From the NCBI GenBank assembly GCA_977030845.1, contig OZ365116.1, forward strand, positions 20,212,001 through 20,276,000: a DNA stretch of 64,000 bases. Direction: 5' to 3'. Under the pieces are notes generated by a model, which made no database searches, was not told where the DNA came from, and saw nothing but the letters and a program-made list of their open reading frames with translations. The position numbers and the translations under genes are program-made. Every line of letters starts with the position of its first letter. The first letter of the stretch is position 1. Shown in pieces: positions 37,901-50,400 of the stretch. The DNA is from Fimbriosthenelais zetlandica (Eukaryota).

Positions 37901-39393
37901 TTCAGTTCCACAATGGAGCAAAATAGAACTGTCTATTCGTGACATTGCTCTATGTGGGTCAATTCTAACACAATTTCCCCGGCAAATTAGGAGAGTTTCC
38001 ATTTATTTCGGGTAAATGATGATGGGATATACTGCCCTCACCATAATAATACTATAGATAGCATGGTTTATTCTATATAATTGAGGAATGATTGCAATAT
38101 ACCACTCTCCATGGACCCATCACATTACTTCTCCATGACAGAATGTATGAAATTGTATTTGCAAAAAGTATTAAATTGTGGTGCATTATGTCAGGACATA
38201 ATAAAGGTTGATGGTACAAAATAAATTGATGCATTTTATCACGAAATGCTTGTGATTCATGGTCTTTCCTGCGAGGCACTACATTATTTTCATTCTTCAA
38301 TTGTCGTGCAATCAAGGGGAAAAAGCATATGCTTGTAGATATATGCAGCTGTTATCTATTGTGCGTCTCCTCATGGATTTATGGGAGTAGGGAGGAGAGT
38401 GATAGCAGATGTACACCTAACATTCCTAGAAGCCTCTTAGCCAGCTGTACATTGGTTATACAGTGTTTAGATAAGATTTGTAAATAAAACACGTTCACTA
38501 GGACTCTGTTGTTCCTGCAATATGACGAGCTTATCCAGACACAGTGTGAGATGCTGAACACACTCAGAGGACAGAAGGAATGCTTGAGAAATGTTCCTAT
38601 AACAGATAGCGGAAGAGCTCAATTTTTCCGTGGGTTGCTCGGGTGTAATTTGCCCATTGAAAACTACTCTCAATCCTTTGCCTAATCCACATATCTAATT
38701 AACCTTATTGAAATGGTCAATTGAGTGAATATCTTCTAGAATTTGATCAATCAGTGCATTACTCTGTCACTGTCAGTCAGCATACATAGACCCAGTACTA
38801 TACGTTTCTATTTCAGGTCACTTCAGGCGTCAAAGCCGATAGAACCCTGTCTTCCACCTACCCTTGTTTTTTAAGCCTCGTGTAATAACACCCAAACACC
38901 AGAGCCTGCAGTGCATCCATCCTACCTAAGCCAGCCCACACCATTATTCACCATTGACCTTGTCATTACCCACAGCCGTCTGTGTTCCTGCTGTCCTTAC
39001 CTCACCCTATCTCACCTTCCTCTCAGACCAATGGAAAGATTTTAAAATGATAAGAGTTTTAGGTGGGTAACGATGGATGTTCATTGGGAGCTTCAGTATA
39101 GTAACTGTTCAGGCTATTGTTTAGACTAATGAGCGAAAAAGTGGCTACACTCATTTGATTTTTGGTCAGAGGCCAATGATAAAAGTCAATACAAAAAATA
39201 TATTCATATTCATATTGGAATTACAAACAGATTTAAGTATTGAAGTAAACGTGAATGTTATTAGATAAAGTTTGAGCATACATATGAAGGTAGAAGAGTT
39301 TAGAAATGTTAGTTGGATCTTACCTGTCTTGCCCACTCCTGCGGATCCTAGGATGACTAACTTGGCGCGTGTGAGTCTCACTCGTTGTGACAT
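34906..39393 (-). CDS. RERG/RASL12-like small GTPase; 4 exons, 209 aa
   Basis: Exons 39324-39393, 35586-35642, 35419-35495 and 34906-35331, in frame. G1 GSAGVGKT, RFIGEYDPN, DTAND, KWADGYILMYSLTDRESF, G4 GNKRD, no CAAX box, and a basic C-terminal stretch, as in the RERG/RASL11/RASL12 group. Confidence 0.9.
36210..36310. repeat. Polypyrimidine/polypurine low-complexity tract (CCCTTCCCTCTC-like units)
   Basis: About 100 nt almost purely C/T on the + strand with recurring CCCTTCCCTCTC. Confidence 0.8.
36529..37452 (-). CDS. Rhodopsin-class 7TM receptor with intronless CDS, orphan and motif-degenerate; ~307 aa; nested in intron 1 of the Ras-like gene
   Basis: Seven hydrophobic segments. KNPTHWLV after TM1, IALDLVLSKLHPGRY at the DRY position, TWVLS in TM4, ECL2 Cys (AYCY), TLPMEI in TM6, AVIPYLW in TM7 and C-terminal CSCC. 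The likely start is the ATG at 37452 following the acceptor TTTCCAG near 37479; the ORF-track start at 37500 is a GTG. Confidence 0.82.
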   Translation of the reverse strand: MHFLDVRDSEGEDAPVNVAVVVVYVVTTIVALLGVLLLLALIFCKEEHRKNPTHWLVISGMIGLLLKLLVANPIIIDSTKRNHVTLPSCAAAIFTNSLPVLPYTFVFIALDLVLSKLHPGRYARKKFVIGFIIATWVLSLIVGIITVTVSERPAIARHNGGAYCYSTPIGHSDKFITPLIQCPPILTLFILACILLPCCCRKEHQSLDGESTDLKKYFLLVWITLIVTMIMTLPMEIMSMLFRVMNMPNEAFYAFMVFYYVFITYKAVIPYLWVLLLPDIRPFLSKILCSCCKGKEDDEKRKLVSIQ

Positions 39394-42300
39394 GACTGAT
39401 GGTGAAGGGTGAACATCAGTAAACCAAATCTCAGTCTCACCCACCACGCAAACACACCACGACTTGTTTCTGCTTCACGATCTTAAACACACGCGGATCA
39501 TCCCTGGATGACTTCTCTACACAGCGCTAATCACTCCCATCTCATATCCCAGATGGAAAGTCCAAATATTGCTGACTCGAACACAAAACCATTCAACAGT
39601 CCAATATTAAATCCTTTGTGTTCGGGAAGAGTATCTTGTGTCTTTCTACGATAATGTACTTGGTCCCAATGTAATTATGAATTCTGCCTTCCGATAAAGT
39701 ATCTTGATAGCTCGACTGCATAAAATTAGTAGATGAGAATAAGACAAAATCAAAGGTTATATATCCACAGAGAAATTTCTATGAAAATCCTTAAGAAGTA
39801 TTCCCGGGCACTTGGCATGTTCTGGCACAGAGAAGATGATAACAAGGAAGTGATGATTCTCAGAATGTTGTCAGAAAGTTACAGAGAATATCCTCCGGAA
39901 AAGTAAAAACTGATGGAGAATATGGCAATGTCCCACATTCCATACAATGCAATATCTTAGTGGCTTCCACTGCTCAACATTCCAGCCACTTTCTATGCAT
40001 GGATTCCAAATAATGGCTCCTCCCAGGCTCCTCTATAGATAAGAACACAATCTCCTTTTTTCCATTCAGCTATAAAGGACTGCCTCAGGTTTGGTTCCCA
40101 GCTAGTTTCTATCTTATGTGAAACTTGCTCATTTATAAGATCAAGTAGGAGGCAGTGTTTGAGGCGGCTGCTGGGACCACCAGCTTCCCCTTACTCCCAC
40201 TTCTCAACCAGTCTACAGACATAACCTGCTATTGCCCAATCTCTCATTACAACCAAGAGCAACTCAGTGAGTAAGGGAGAAGATCCTTAGACCTCTGTAT
40301 ATATGTTGTGAGGGCATGAGTTGTTCCCTGGCCAGCCTGCCAGCATGCCCGAGTTGCTCATTCAGCTTTATGGTGGGGTGAGGGGATCGAGTGCATTCTC
40401 ACACTACCACCTACTGCTCCTCACCCTCCTCCTACTGCTCAACTCCCAAACACTAAATACAAGTACAGGTCTCTCTTCTAGAATTCTATTGATCCTATTG
40501 GGCATCAAAGGATATATTATTTTTAGTATTGCAATGCCTAGGTTCAATATAGTATGCACTGTTGACTCTGGTTTCTTGCTCATAGACAAATTTGCAAAGA
40601 CAAAATATTCATTACAATATCTCAGCCCGAGTCAACCCTGATATTTTGAATATGTTCTAAAATAGGTCCACCGGGTCTTAGGAATGGCTTGATAGACAAC
40701 ATAAACCATTTACAAATGGAGAAACAATCAGAAGGATGGGAAATCAAATATTTCCAAACTTGCGTGAAAAGGTTTCAGGCCCATAGCATTGATGGTGCTG
40801 CCAGAAACATGGTGAGAAGGCTGACTGCAGCAATGACCAAGTAATTCGTCAAGTGCAGAGAGCGATGATGGATGATGGATACTAGTTTGCCTTACATAGT
40901 GAGAGTTGTCAGTCTGTTCCCAACTGAGATTCTTACTATCTATATTCATTTAATAATAACAACAGACACCCATAACAGCACTAAAGGCGATAGGTCTATG
41001 AGTAGCTCAAAAAGAACAGAAATGCAGAATAAAGAATTGGTAGGCACTCTACCCTCAAGGTTTCACAGTGCCAAGAGCAACATTTTCACCCCGTTTCTTG
41101 GCAGATGGACTTATACCAACTTTGCACCAAGTTTTGGCAAGTAAATGACCTGGATTCTGTACATTTTGTGTGAACGTCATAATAGAGTAATGGTTGCACT
41201 TTAAGCCTTGTGCTAGCCCTTGCCCTTTATTGACAGTATTTCATCAGAAGTATATTTCGAAACTTCTCATAGATCAGAAGTATCTTGTGCAAGTACTGGA
41301 AAGGGACTGAGGGGAATGGTAAAACAGATAAATAACATAGCCTGGGGATTCAGCAAAACAATCTCAGATGACTGGTTAAGAGAATAACATGGATCCTACA
41401 AGACTATGGTACTCAGATGACTTTGAGTTTTTATGAAGGTCTTAAGCTTCTCGAGATGGAATATTCCTGAAAGGTCAAAGCATCAATCATGCTCTTTAAA
41501 ATTTACAATGTGTTAAACTCAAGTCACTGAAAATCGCTGAGCTGAGATCTTGCATAAAAGGGCACACCAAATGAAAACATAGAAAGTATAATCCATGAAG
41601 AGTTTATATCTTGATGCATTATGTAACAAAGCAGCTACCGTATAGTACTAGAAGTCCACTAGAACGGGTTTTAAAATCGAGAACTAAAATGGATTTGGAA
41701 GTAGTACTTAGGTGAAGAAAAGTGCTTGGCTGACAGGCTGCAGTATGTACGACTACAGTAGGTGATCGAGGAGAATATCAACACTTTCTTTTCAGTTAGT
41801 AACTTTCATACCGTGATCTAATCCCCATCACATTCACACACCATCAATATGCTCAACTACCTTCCTACCGGGTGTTTTTCTACCATTGGTTACCATTACA
41901 CGTGTAGTAAAAGATAAGACACCTGTATGGAAAGTCTAGCGGTCTGAAACCTCCTGTCAATGTCACTTTCTTTTAAGAGGCAAGTGAAATACTGCACAAT
42001 AAAATACTCATCTTAGATTGGAAAATATCATTAACCATAGATATATTGGTGGGTAGAAAATGAGTGGAAGTGGCCAACAGTCCATTGCAAATCAATGTGC
42101 CTTCCCGACTATATTTTCTTTCTCTGTAACCTTTAGGATAATTGCTTTGGTTACATACACCCATCAACACTTTCCCGCCTATTACCCATCTCAATTGATG
42201 GAGGGAGCCAAACAAATTCTGAATATTCTTACCCGAACTTGATGGATACTCTTAAAAAAATGCTGCCATGAAAGATAAACATGTCAGTTTGGAATTCTCT

Positions 42301-42947
42301 CAGCAAATATAGACATATTTGTAACGTTTTATTGGGAAATTTATGATGGATTATTATTGAGAAAACTTTGCCCCAGCATATCAGGTATTTACCTAACCTT
42401 TGGTACAATTGCTCGGTCTTTGCAGGGAAATGTCAATGTGCATCGTTTCTCATTACAATACTGACAACTAAAACATCTGGATAGGAAGTTGCAAAGCCTT
42501 GTTACCTATTTACGTCTAGTCATTCTCAATAACACTTCCCCAAGCAAATTATTTATATAATTATAAATAAATGCTATATCGTTTAGCACGTACTGTTGAG
42601 AATGAAACACAACACTAGAGCAATTGTGCCGCAATCGCTTTATTGAACGTAATGCTGTGAGTTACACAAAGGTGTGTTATTTCATGCCATTAAAATTCTC
42701 CTTGTCACTATTACAGATCATATTTAGGAGCAGGCAGTCATCCTCAGTGGGGTCGTCAAAATTACAATTATAGGAAAGATTTGAGACATTAAATATGGCA
42801 ACTGATTGTGTCAAGTATCTTTCAAACACCGAATCCAACCAAACTTCTTAAAAATCCCTTCAGTTCAAATGAATTATCATCTAAACATACATCACATCAT
42901 TCAAGTTCCAATCCCATCTCTAAGTGAACACATGAGAATGCCTGTAC

Positions 42948-44518
42948 TTATTTACTGACAGTGACAGCTCCTCCTGAGCTTTCTGAAGCTAAGGTTGAGC
43001 CAGTCTGGGACTTACTGTAATCAGAATACCAGGCTGTAGCTACAGGAGGAACACAGGGGCAACATTTACTCCAGGTATCCTGTGCTGCAGCCTTAAAGTT
43101 AGTGCTCAAGAAACTGTAGAGGAAGGGGTTAGCCACACAATTACCATACTCGAGGATACGAGAGACAAAAACAAAGACCACAAACCAGTCTTCATTCCCC
43201 CACTGGGGCAGCTGAGGAGAGACATATAAGAGCATGAGAACGTTAATAGGCAGCCAAGTAAAGCCAATAATAAAGACTATAGTAAAGACCATCTTTGTCA
43301 CACCCCTCCGTTTCTTCATGGCATCTGGGTTGTTATTCATCATAGCACGACATTCAGGTGAGTTTAACTTACGGGCTATCTGGAAGTACAGTACTCCAGC
43401 CGCCACCACGATGGCGAAATAAAAGATGACTACACCTGACAGATGGTACCAGAAGATGAAACTGGTACCAGGCACCTCAGAACAAACGATATATTCTGTA
43501 CCATTGTGTTCAAAGGTGCGATAAGGTTCAGCGAAAAGAGGGCGGAGAAGACTACGTCCAAATGCAATGATGTAGACAATGCTGAGGACAAGCACTGCTT
43601 TCCATCTTGGCCAAGTGTCCTTTGCTCCAAAAGGCTGGGTTATACCCACAAATCTGCAAGACAAAAGTTGAGACATTATGGTCTTGTTGATAAACAGTTT
43701 ATCAATATAATTTGGCTTGATCAGAAAAGATTGTTAAAGATCCATACCGGTCATAACTCATGATGGCTAATGTGAGGACTGTGATGGTGGGGCCTGCACA
43801 TCCAGCAATCTGCACAATCCAGCACACCTCATAACCAAAGATCCAGCTCTGAAAGTAGTCAATAGTGTGACTATAAATATCATAATCATCCTATCAGACT
43901 CATCTATCAATCGTCATTTCTTTTCCTTCATATATGTTGATAGGATAGATAACACGTGTATTATACTTGCCTTAAAGTAGTACGCTGAACTGACAGTGAA
44001 TGGCATACAGAAGCAGAGGATGATGAGATCACCCACTGCTAACTGTGCTATGAATAGGTTGGTCAGGTTGTGAAGTTTCTTATTGGCAGCTATGGTTATG
44101 ATGACGAAGAGGTTAGCTGAAAGCAGAATGAAAACTAAATTAGTATATATGTCTAATGGTTTTATACTGTTGGTTTTAATCTCATAGTTCAAGCAATCTA
44201 CATGTATATGAAACATCAACTGGTAAATCCAGAAGTCTTTCGTCTTCGCTAACAGACACCAGGTGGCCTCACTGGCAAGGCGAGTGGTTCGATTCATAGC
44301 TTTGGTAGTGCTAGGCCTACATGCGATGGCCTACCGTAGTGAAATGAAGATTGTGACAATGAATTTGCTAATAAATCTACACAAACTTTTAAAAGATACT
44401 TACAAAATGTGCCAATGATGGAGAAGATGCCATAAGCCACCATGGTGCCAGTAATAAAGCCTTCACCAAGGTTGGACTGGACACCAGTGTCCAAGTAAAA
44501 ATTTGTAGCAACATCCAT
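42948..44518 (-). CDS. Neuropeptide GPCR, allatostatin-A/galanin/kisspeptin-receptor-like; 4 exons, 355 aa
   Basis: Exons 44404-44518, 43971-44116 (GC donor AAG|GCAAGT), 43748-43848 and 42948-43653, in frame. Motifs TNLFIAQLAVGDL, CMPFT, WIFGYEVC, MSYDRF, VTKMVFTIV, TWLPINV and NCVANPFLYSFLSTNFK. The subfamily assignment rests on motif resemblance only. Confidence 0.85.
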
Positions 44519-45922
44519 GTTGCCTCTAATGTGGACAGAACTTCAAATCTGAAAATTATTAAATTGGGCAATTGTAGTTCATAGATGATTCAAGAATATC
44601 AGAAGTATTGAGAGGGAAGGAATTCAATAATTTCTCAAAATATTGTACCAACCTTATAGGGAAACGTCCTGAAGAAATGTTGGCTTGTTACCCAGAAAGG
44701 GAATTATCCAAATGAGTTGCTGGTCGACGGAATTTATATATGTAGATTACCTACCACACCCTGTTGAATCCATATATACCCTGGAGATACCCAGGGATGG
44801 ATTCATTTCACAGAGTTCATTGAAAAGAGATCTGTAAGAGGTTCTTAGTCTTTCTGAACCCCATCAGAAGTGCCAGGGGCAAAATTTGGATAGGATCATG
44901 TTCTGATGTTCACTCAAAGAATCTACCAATGACCCAAGGCATGAATATGAACATCTTGCCCAGGATTAATGTCTCAAAGTTGTTCAGCACATCAGCCCAA
45001 AGCATCATGCTCTCTCATCTATACATGTGCAACGAACATCATACAATATGACATCCTTGTCCGTTAGTACTTGTCTGTACTAAGGTCAGCCGAATTGCCA
45101 CACCAAAATGGTGGGACCCACGTATAAATTGAAAACCAATAAAGCAATCGGAGTGGGAAAGCCAGTAAGCACGAAACACGAGTATCTGCTGCCAAAGTAT
45201 ACTTTAGTAGGTAAATCACTAAAAAGCAATTGACAAAGGACAATTCAACATCAGGCTAAAAGCCGGTAGAGGAGGCATTGGGTGCCAAAACAGGACAAGA
45301 CCATATAACATGCCGAGAATGAGCTAACCATGACGACCTTTCTGTGGCATTCAGGCCCGTGTGTACCCAGGAATATGTTGGTTGGTGTCACCATTTTGGA
45401 AAATATTTCATTATTGGTGGTTCGCCATGATTTGAGGTAGGCTTGAGGTATCTACGGGGCTAATTTTGAGTTCAGCCCAGTAGTTTTTCTCTATCTTGGC
45501 GGTAGATGTAGACAGGTGCTGCCATCTCGTATCAGACTTGACTAGGATTGGAGGATCATTCAACTAACGTTTCACGGTTAAACTATTTCAAACTTTTTCA
45601 ATAATAATCACATATATTCAGAAATGAATATTTGTTATATTTAATTTTATTTTTATTAGCAAAGATAACAGATAATACAGCTGAGACATTGCACAACAGC
45701 GTTTAGAGACACATTCAGGACATGGAGTTTAATCATTTGTGATCAAAAGGGCATCTTATGTATCGATCGATAAAATATTTACAGCAATTAAAATAGCTTA
45801 AGGCTTCATCACAATAGGCAGTGTTAGATTGTCTACAAGGTTAAGACTGCTACAGTTATCACACCTGGTTATCAACAAAAAGATGGAAGCTAGTCTAATA
45901 TAGTTTATAAGAAACACAAGTC

Positions 45923-46817
45923 TCAGTCTTTGTGTGATATCACAAGCATCAAGATGAATGGAATGAATGTCAATTTACTGGTTAAAGAGGAAGCTTCATT
46001 ATGGTTCATCTCCTTCAGGTATACGAATTTCCTACCTTGCTTTATTTCTCTGTCAGTCACCATGTACTTAGAGCAGGGCATGATGAGATACCTGGGACTA
46101 AATGGTTTCCCAGTCCGACCAGTTAAATAAGTGCCATAATTGACAGCAGCAAGTGGTTTGATCTGATAAATGGTACCTTTCACACCAGCTATCATTACAG
46201 CCCTCAATCTGTCTTTGTGTGCAATCTCTGGCTGTGTAAGCTTAGTGGGAAACCGTGGCCAACAGCTCATGTACCCACCCTTATCTGATTTCACAAAATA
46301 CAAGGTCTCTGAAGTGTTCTTCCCATATCTCAGTAACTTCTCGTAAGCTTTGCTTAAGAAGTAAAATATGGGGTCCACTAACTGATCCCCTAAAGGATCT
46401 GTGTCGTTCATTTTGTAGCCTTTTAGTGTAGCCCTGCCATAGGCCACCAAGACACGGGCTTCCATCTCATTGAGGACAGCAGGTGGATCTACGACATCTA
46501 TGTTACCCTCTGTCCATGCCTTCTTTACTGGGTGAGTGTTTCTGGCAGAGTCCAGTGCATTTTCTAACTTGGCTCTGTAGTGTTTATACATGTCTTCTCT
46601 GTTGTTGTAATGTTTACATGGTTTGTTGATAATGGCCCTCTCATCTGAAACACAGAGAAAACTCTATTCGTACATACCTCTGCAATAAATTGTTATGAAA
46701 ATTTCATTTGAAAATAAGTTTGAATAATATTTTACCTTCGAGGCAGACTGAGTGAGCAGGATGTGGAGAGAAGAGGCCAAGCAGGAGGAACCTCACAGCC
46801 AGTCCTAGCAGGAACAT
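45923..46817 (-). CDS. Secreted, probably GPI-anchored ecto-ADP-ribosyltransferase (ARTC)-fold protein lacking catalytic residues; 2 coding exons, 267 aa
   Basis: Exon 46736-46817 (signal MFLLGLAVRFLLLGLFSPHPAHS, donor G|GTAAAA) and exon 45923-46644 (acceptor TTTCAG), in frame. Collinear blocks recalled from vertebrate ART1: PPAVLNEMEARVLVAYG ~ PPLGFRDEHGVALLAYT; PIFYFLSKAYEKL ~ TLHFLLTEALQLL; GGYMSC ~ GGFASA; GTIYQI ~ DTFFGI; RYLIMP ~ EVLIPP; KFVYLK ~ ARIYLR. The C-terminus is hydrophobic after NEASS. Confidence 0.72.
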
Positions 46818-49449
46818 GATGCTGCACTCTCACCCAGCACACTCAAACTTAAACCCACATTAGTCATAGGTTGGTGATCTGAAACTAAAATAAAACTATT
46901 ATATTGACGACATCATCCATCTTAATATCAATTATTTAATGTTACTCAGTTTTTGAAATGTCATTATTACATTACCCAAATACTTTTATTCCTGGTACAA
47001 TCCTAGATAAGGATTTTAGCAATTAAGTTTCCCCATAGTGAGTGCCAAGGTAAAGTACTGTAGTAGTGTATTGTATGTGGAAGGTTTAAAGAGTTGGCAG
47101 TGAGAGAGGAGGTAGTCAGTGGAAGAAAAAAACTGAGGGTTTGTGATGCTTGGCACCAAAGTTGGCACACCAAGGCTTTAGGCCAGATGGCTGCTGAGAG
47201 CAGAGGTACCGTAACGCCATGTTCCTTACATTCATTGGAAATGAGGGAAAGGGACAGAAAGTTGGCAGACTTCACAGGGGTTCCATGAGGAAGGGCAGGT
47301 TAAACACCAAGGGTCATTTCTTATCAAGGGCGTGGTAAAATGTTACAATAGAGGTGCTATATCTGGGGAAGGGGAAATACTAAACAGGGATTCAAAATGG
47401 ATATCCCACATAATGAAATATCGGAAGTCCTAATGGAAATACACTTTCCCATAATTGATAATACATACTAGATGTATATACAAATAAAAGCCTTTGAGTT
47501 TCATAGAGTGAAGTGTACTGGATGAACTGGCATTCATGTTAAACTAGGTATGTATCACGAGTAAGAACCAGTTGAGGACTTGAGTGACATATGCAATTCC
47601 AAAAATAATGCAATCAGATGAATTTGAGACAATCCCATGTCCTACTACCATACCATGTGCTCCATCTAGAGTCAGAGAAGCATATCATGTACCTAGTCTA
47701 TAGAACCAGATGGTACTGATAGAAGTTGGAAGTGAGCAGTTTCTCAGTGTTTTCCACTACCCTTATCAAACACCAATCTGAGGTATTTTTGTGTATTTTG
47801 GGACAGAATCCAATACACCCACGGGCTTTGAAGAGCCTTCTTCCATGCAGATGGTCTGTGTTGCTAAAGTTTTTCTACCAATGAGCAATGCAGTAGAGGA
47901 AAGCATAAAAACCTTCTTTGCTGCCTTTCCCAGATCCTTCCGCTAGGATTTAAATTTCAAGGCCTGTCTGGTTACACCTCAATATGACAGGCTCTCTGGC
48001 CCGTTCACCTAGGCAATGGTAGAACTAACGTTACATGAGGGGCGACAGCACACAATCTCATCCACTTATGCCCTCTAACCTTTGTAACCCTTACAATCAA
48101 GGTTTCGCCATCACAACACCAGGCAAAATTATATTTTAAATAATATATGAAGATGAGATTTAGAAGCTTGAAAAATGCCCTAAAATGTCATCAACATGTT
48201 CACGAACACTCTGCACTAACTGCACAGTCATGAACATTTGGATAAATATATTTGTACACGCTCTAAGGTGCTATTACCTTTTTATAAGAAATCATTTCAC
48301 GCCCTTTTAATCTACTGGAAGGCTGTTCACTGAACTTTCACCTTCTAGTCCCAGATTGCCCTGTGAGGAGCCTTGCACCAGTCCTCTATAAATAAACAGT
48401 TTCTTTGGGCCTTTTTTTCTCCCCCCTGTAGGTGCCTGGACTTCCTCTTGCAGTTACTTTCAAATGGGAAGTTGAGCAACATCCTGCACGATTTGCTGCC
48501 TGGATATCTTATCTTGAAAACAGAGCTTGAGATTCCAGTTGAGCAGTTGATAACAGAACTAGAGATTGTAGTTAGGACTGATAACATTTTAACTGCTCGG
48601 GATTGCATCCTAAGGGTATTTTCAAGAGATTCAGATTGCCAGCCTTTACGTCCCATGTTGATCATTAAATATAGACTGGGAGGAAAGACTGTCCTAAAAG
48701 ATAAGACAGTTTGAATAGAAAATAATCTTCTCAAAGGCAAAGGTAATATTCTAGGACAACCATGATGAACCTTTGTGATAGCAAATTGAAAAAGATCTAA
48801 CAATGATCTGAATTTACTCAGCTTTGGTTAACCTCCAGTTTACTCATATCCAACATTTTCTGTCAGTTCAAGTTTAAAATTAGAGGGAGAACCCCTAACA
48901 GACAGTTGTGTTTAGGGTGGAGAAGGGAAGCCAGTGGTAAAGGGTTCACACGGGTCAGGGCAACCCGGGGTTGTTATCATATCCAAGTAAACTGAAACCC
49001 GCGAGATGTGTTACGTGAGTAATGAAAGAACTCCAGGGTACACAAAATGTAGACTTTAGTTAGTTAAGACAAGCAAAACAAGCGTGAAATGTGGAAGACA
49101 AGAGCAAGAAAGCAAAACTAGTTGCATTATACAACTAGGTAGGTATAGCATAGCATGTAAGTACATATGATGTTTGTTGTTCCTATATACTTGACCCCAC
49201 TAAGCAAGTAAACTAGGAGGGTGGAGGGCGGTTGAACTTATGTTATAATCATTTTAAACTGGCAGTTCATCTTCCCATCAAGTTCCCTTCCTAGTATTAT
49301 CATTTAGCTCGATGAAAAAGTTTGGAATTACAGTGTTTCACTTCAGCATGTAAAAGAAAGATGAACGGCTTAAGTGTTTCTCCATTTGCTGCTGTTTTAC
49401 CTTTCAGCAGTCCTCTTCACTAGTCAGCATGTCTAGTTTTTTTCACTGT

Positions 49450-50400
49450 CTGGTTCGGTTTCATATATATTTTAACTTGTGGACTTGTTCATTATGGAAT
49501 ATTCTGTTATAATAGCAGGTATCACACGTTTCCTCGCCACAAGTTCAATATTTTCTACAGGGCAGCTATTTTTCTCTTCATTTTTGCTAAATATACCTTC
49601 CAAAGATTAGAGAATGAGTTGGATATCTCTAGACCGTGTGGGATTAGTCTCAAATATACTTTAAATTCTTGGAAAAAAACTTTGTGCCTCAATCCCCATT
49701 TCGTTAAATTCGTGATTACATTTTGGGATTATGGAGGTGAATATTCCAAAAGCTAGCTTACTGTGGCTTCAGTGCTCCATGTCCGACACTAACTGGTTGC
49801 ACCTGATAGTTATAAATATCCTACATATAGGAAACGTTCAAACTTCAACACCCGTGCATTTTTCTATTTCCAAAAACAAGCTATCAAAAGGTTATCCATC
49901 ATGCAATAAAACTGATGTATAACAAATAATTCAGATTTTCTTCTGAATAGTTTAATATGTTAACTAGGAAATCATGAGAAGGAGAGAGTCCCATCTGGAT
50001 AACTCCATGTTCGAAGACAGGGAACATCACAATGGCGTTTCAGAGCCAAGAGCAATATTCTCTGAATACTCTCAGGCCTTGATAGATCCCTTTGAATAAC
50101 ACATATTGCAGAAAACATCAGTTGATGGAAAGAAGTGTACGGCAAAGAGATAAAACAAGCTTTGCTGTTTGTCTGGTCTGAAGAAATGTTCGTAGGAACA
50201 GACAAATGGACTCGTGTGAGAGGAATCTTGAAACTGACTGGGAAAAATGTGTGAAAGAAGTAACATATAACATGATCCCAATTAACAATTGGCAAGCTAA
50301 AAACAGAGTTATGACAAATAGTTTCCTCAAGGAAATGAGAATATCTTATCAGCACGAGGCAAGGTATATAGAAGCAAGCCTTCAGTAATGATGTCTACCT
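49450..50400 (+). mobile_element. Decayed CR1/L2-like LINE, RT C-terminal half
   Basis: Ordered degenerate motifs across broken frames: GQLFFSSFLLN (like QG..LSP.LF), MEVNIPKA (like LxVNxxKT), DSYKYP (like SYKYLG), NFNTRAFFYFQKQAIK, and KEIKQALLFVWSE (like EIKxLL...FVW). Confidence 0.42.

Noticed and set aside
48345-48803. Overlapping 152-aa (-) and 113-aa (+) ORFs
   Set aside because: No recognisable domain or exon boundaries; possibly decayed TE sequence.
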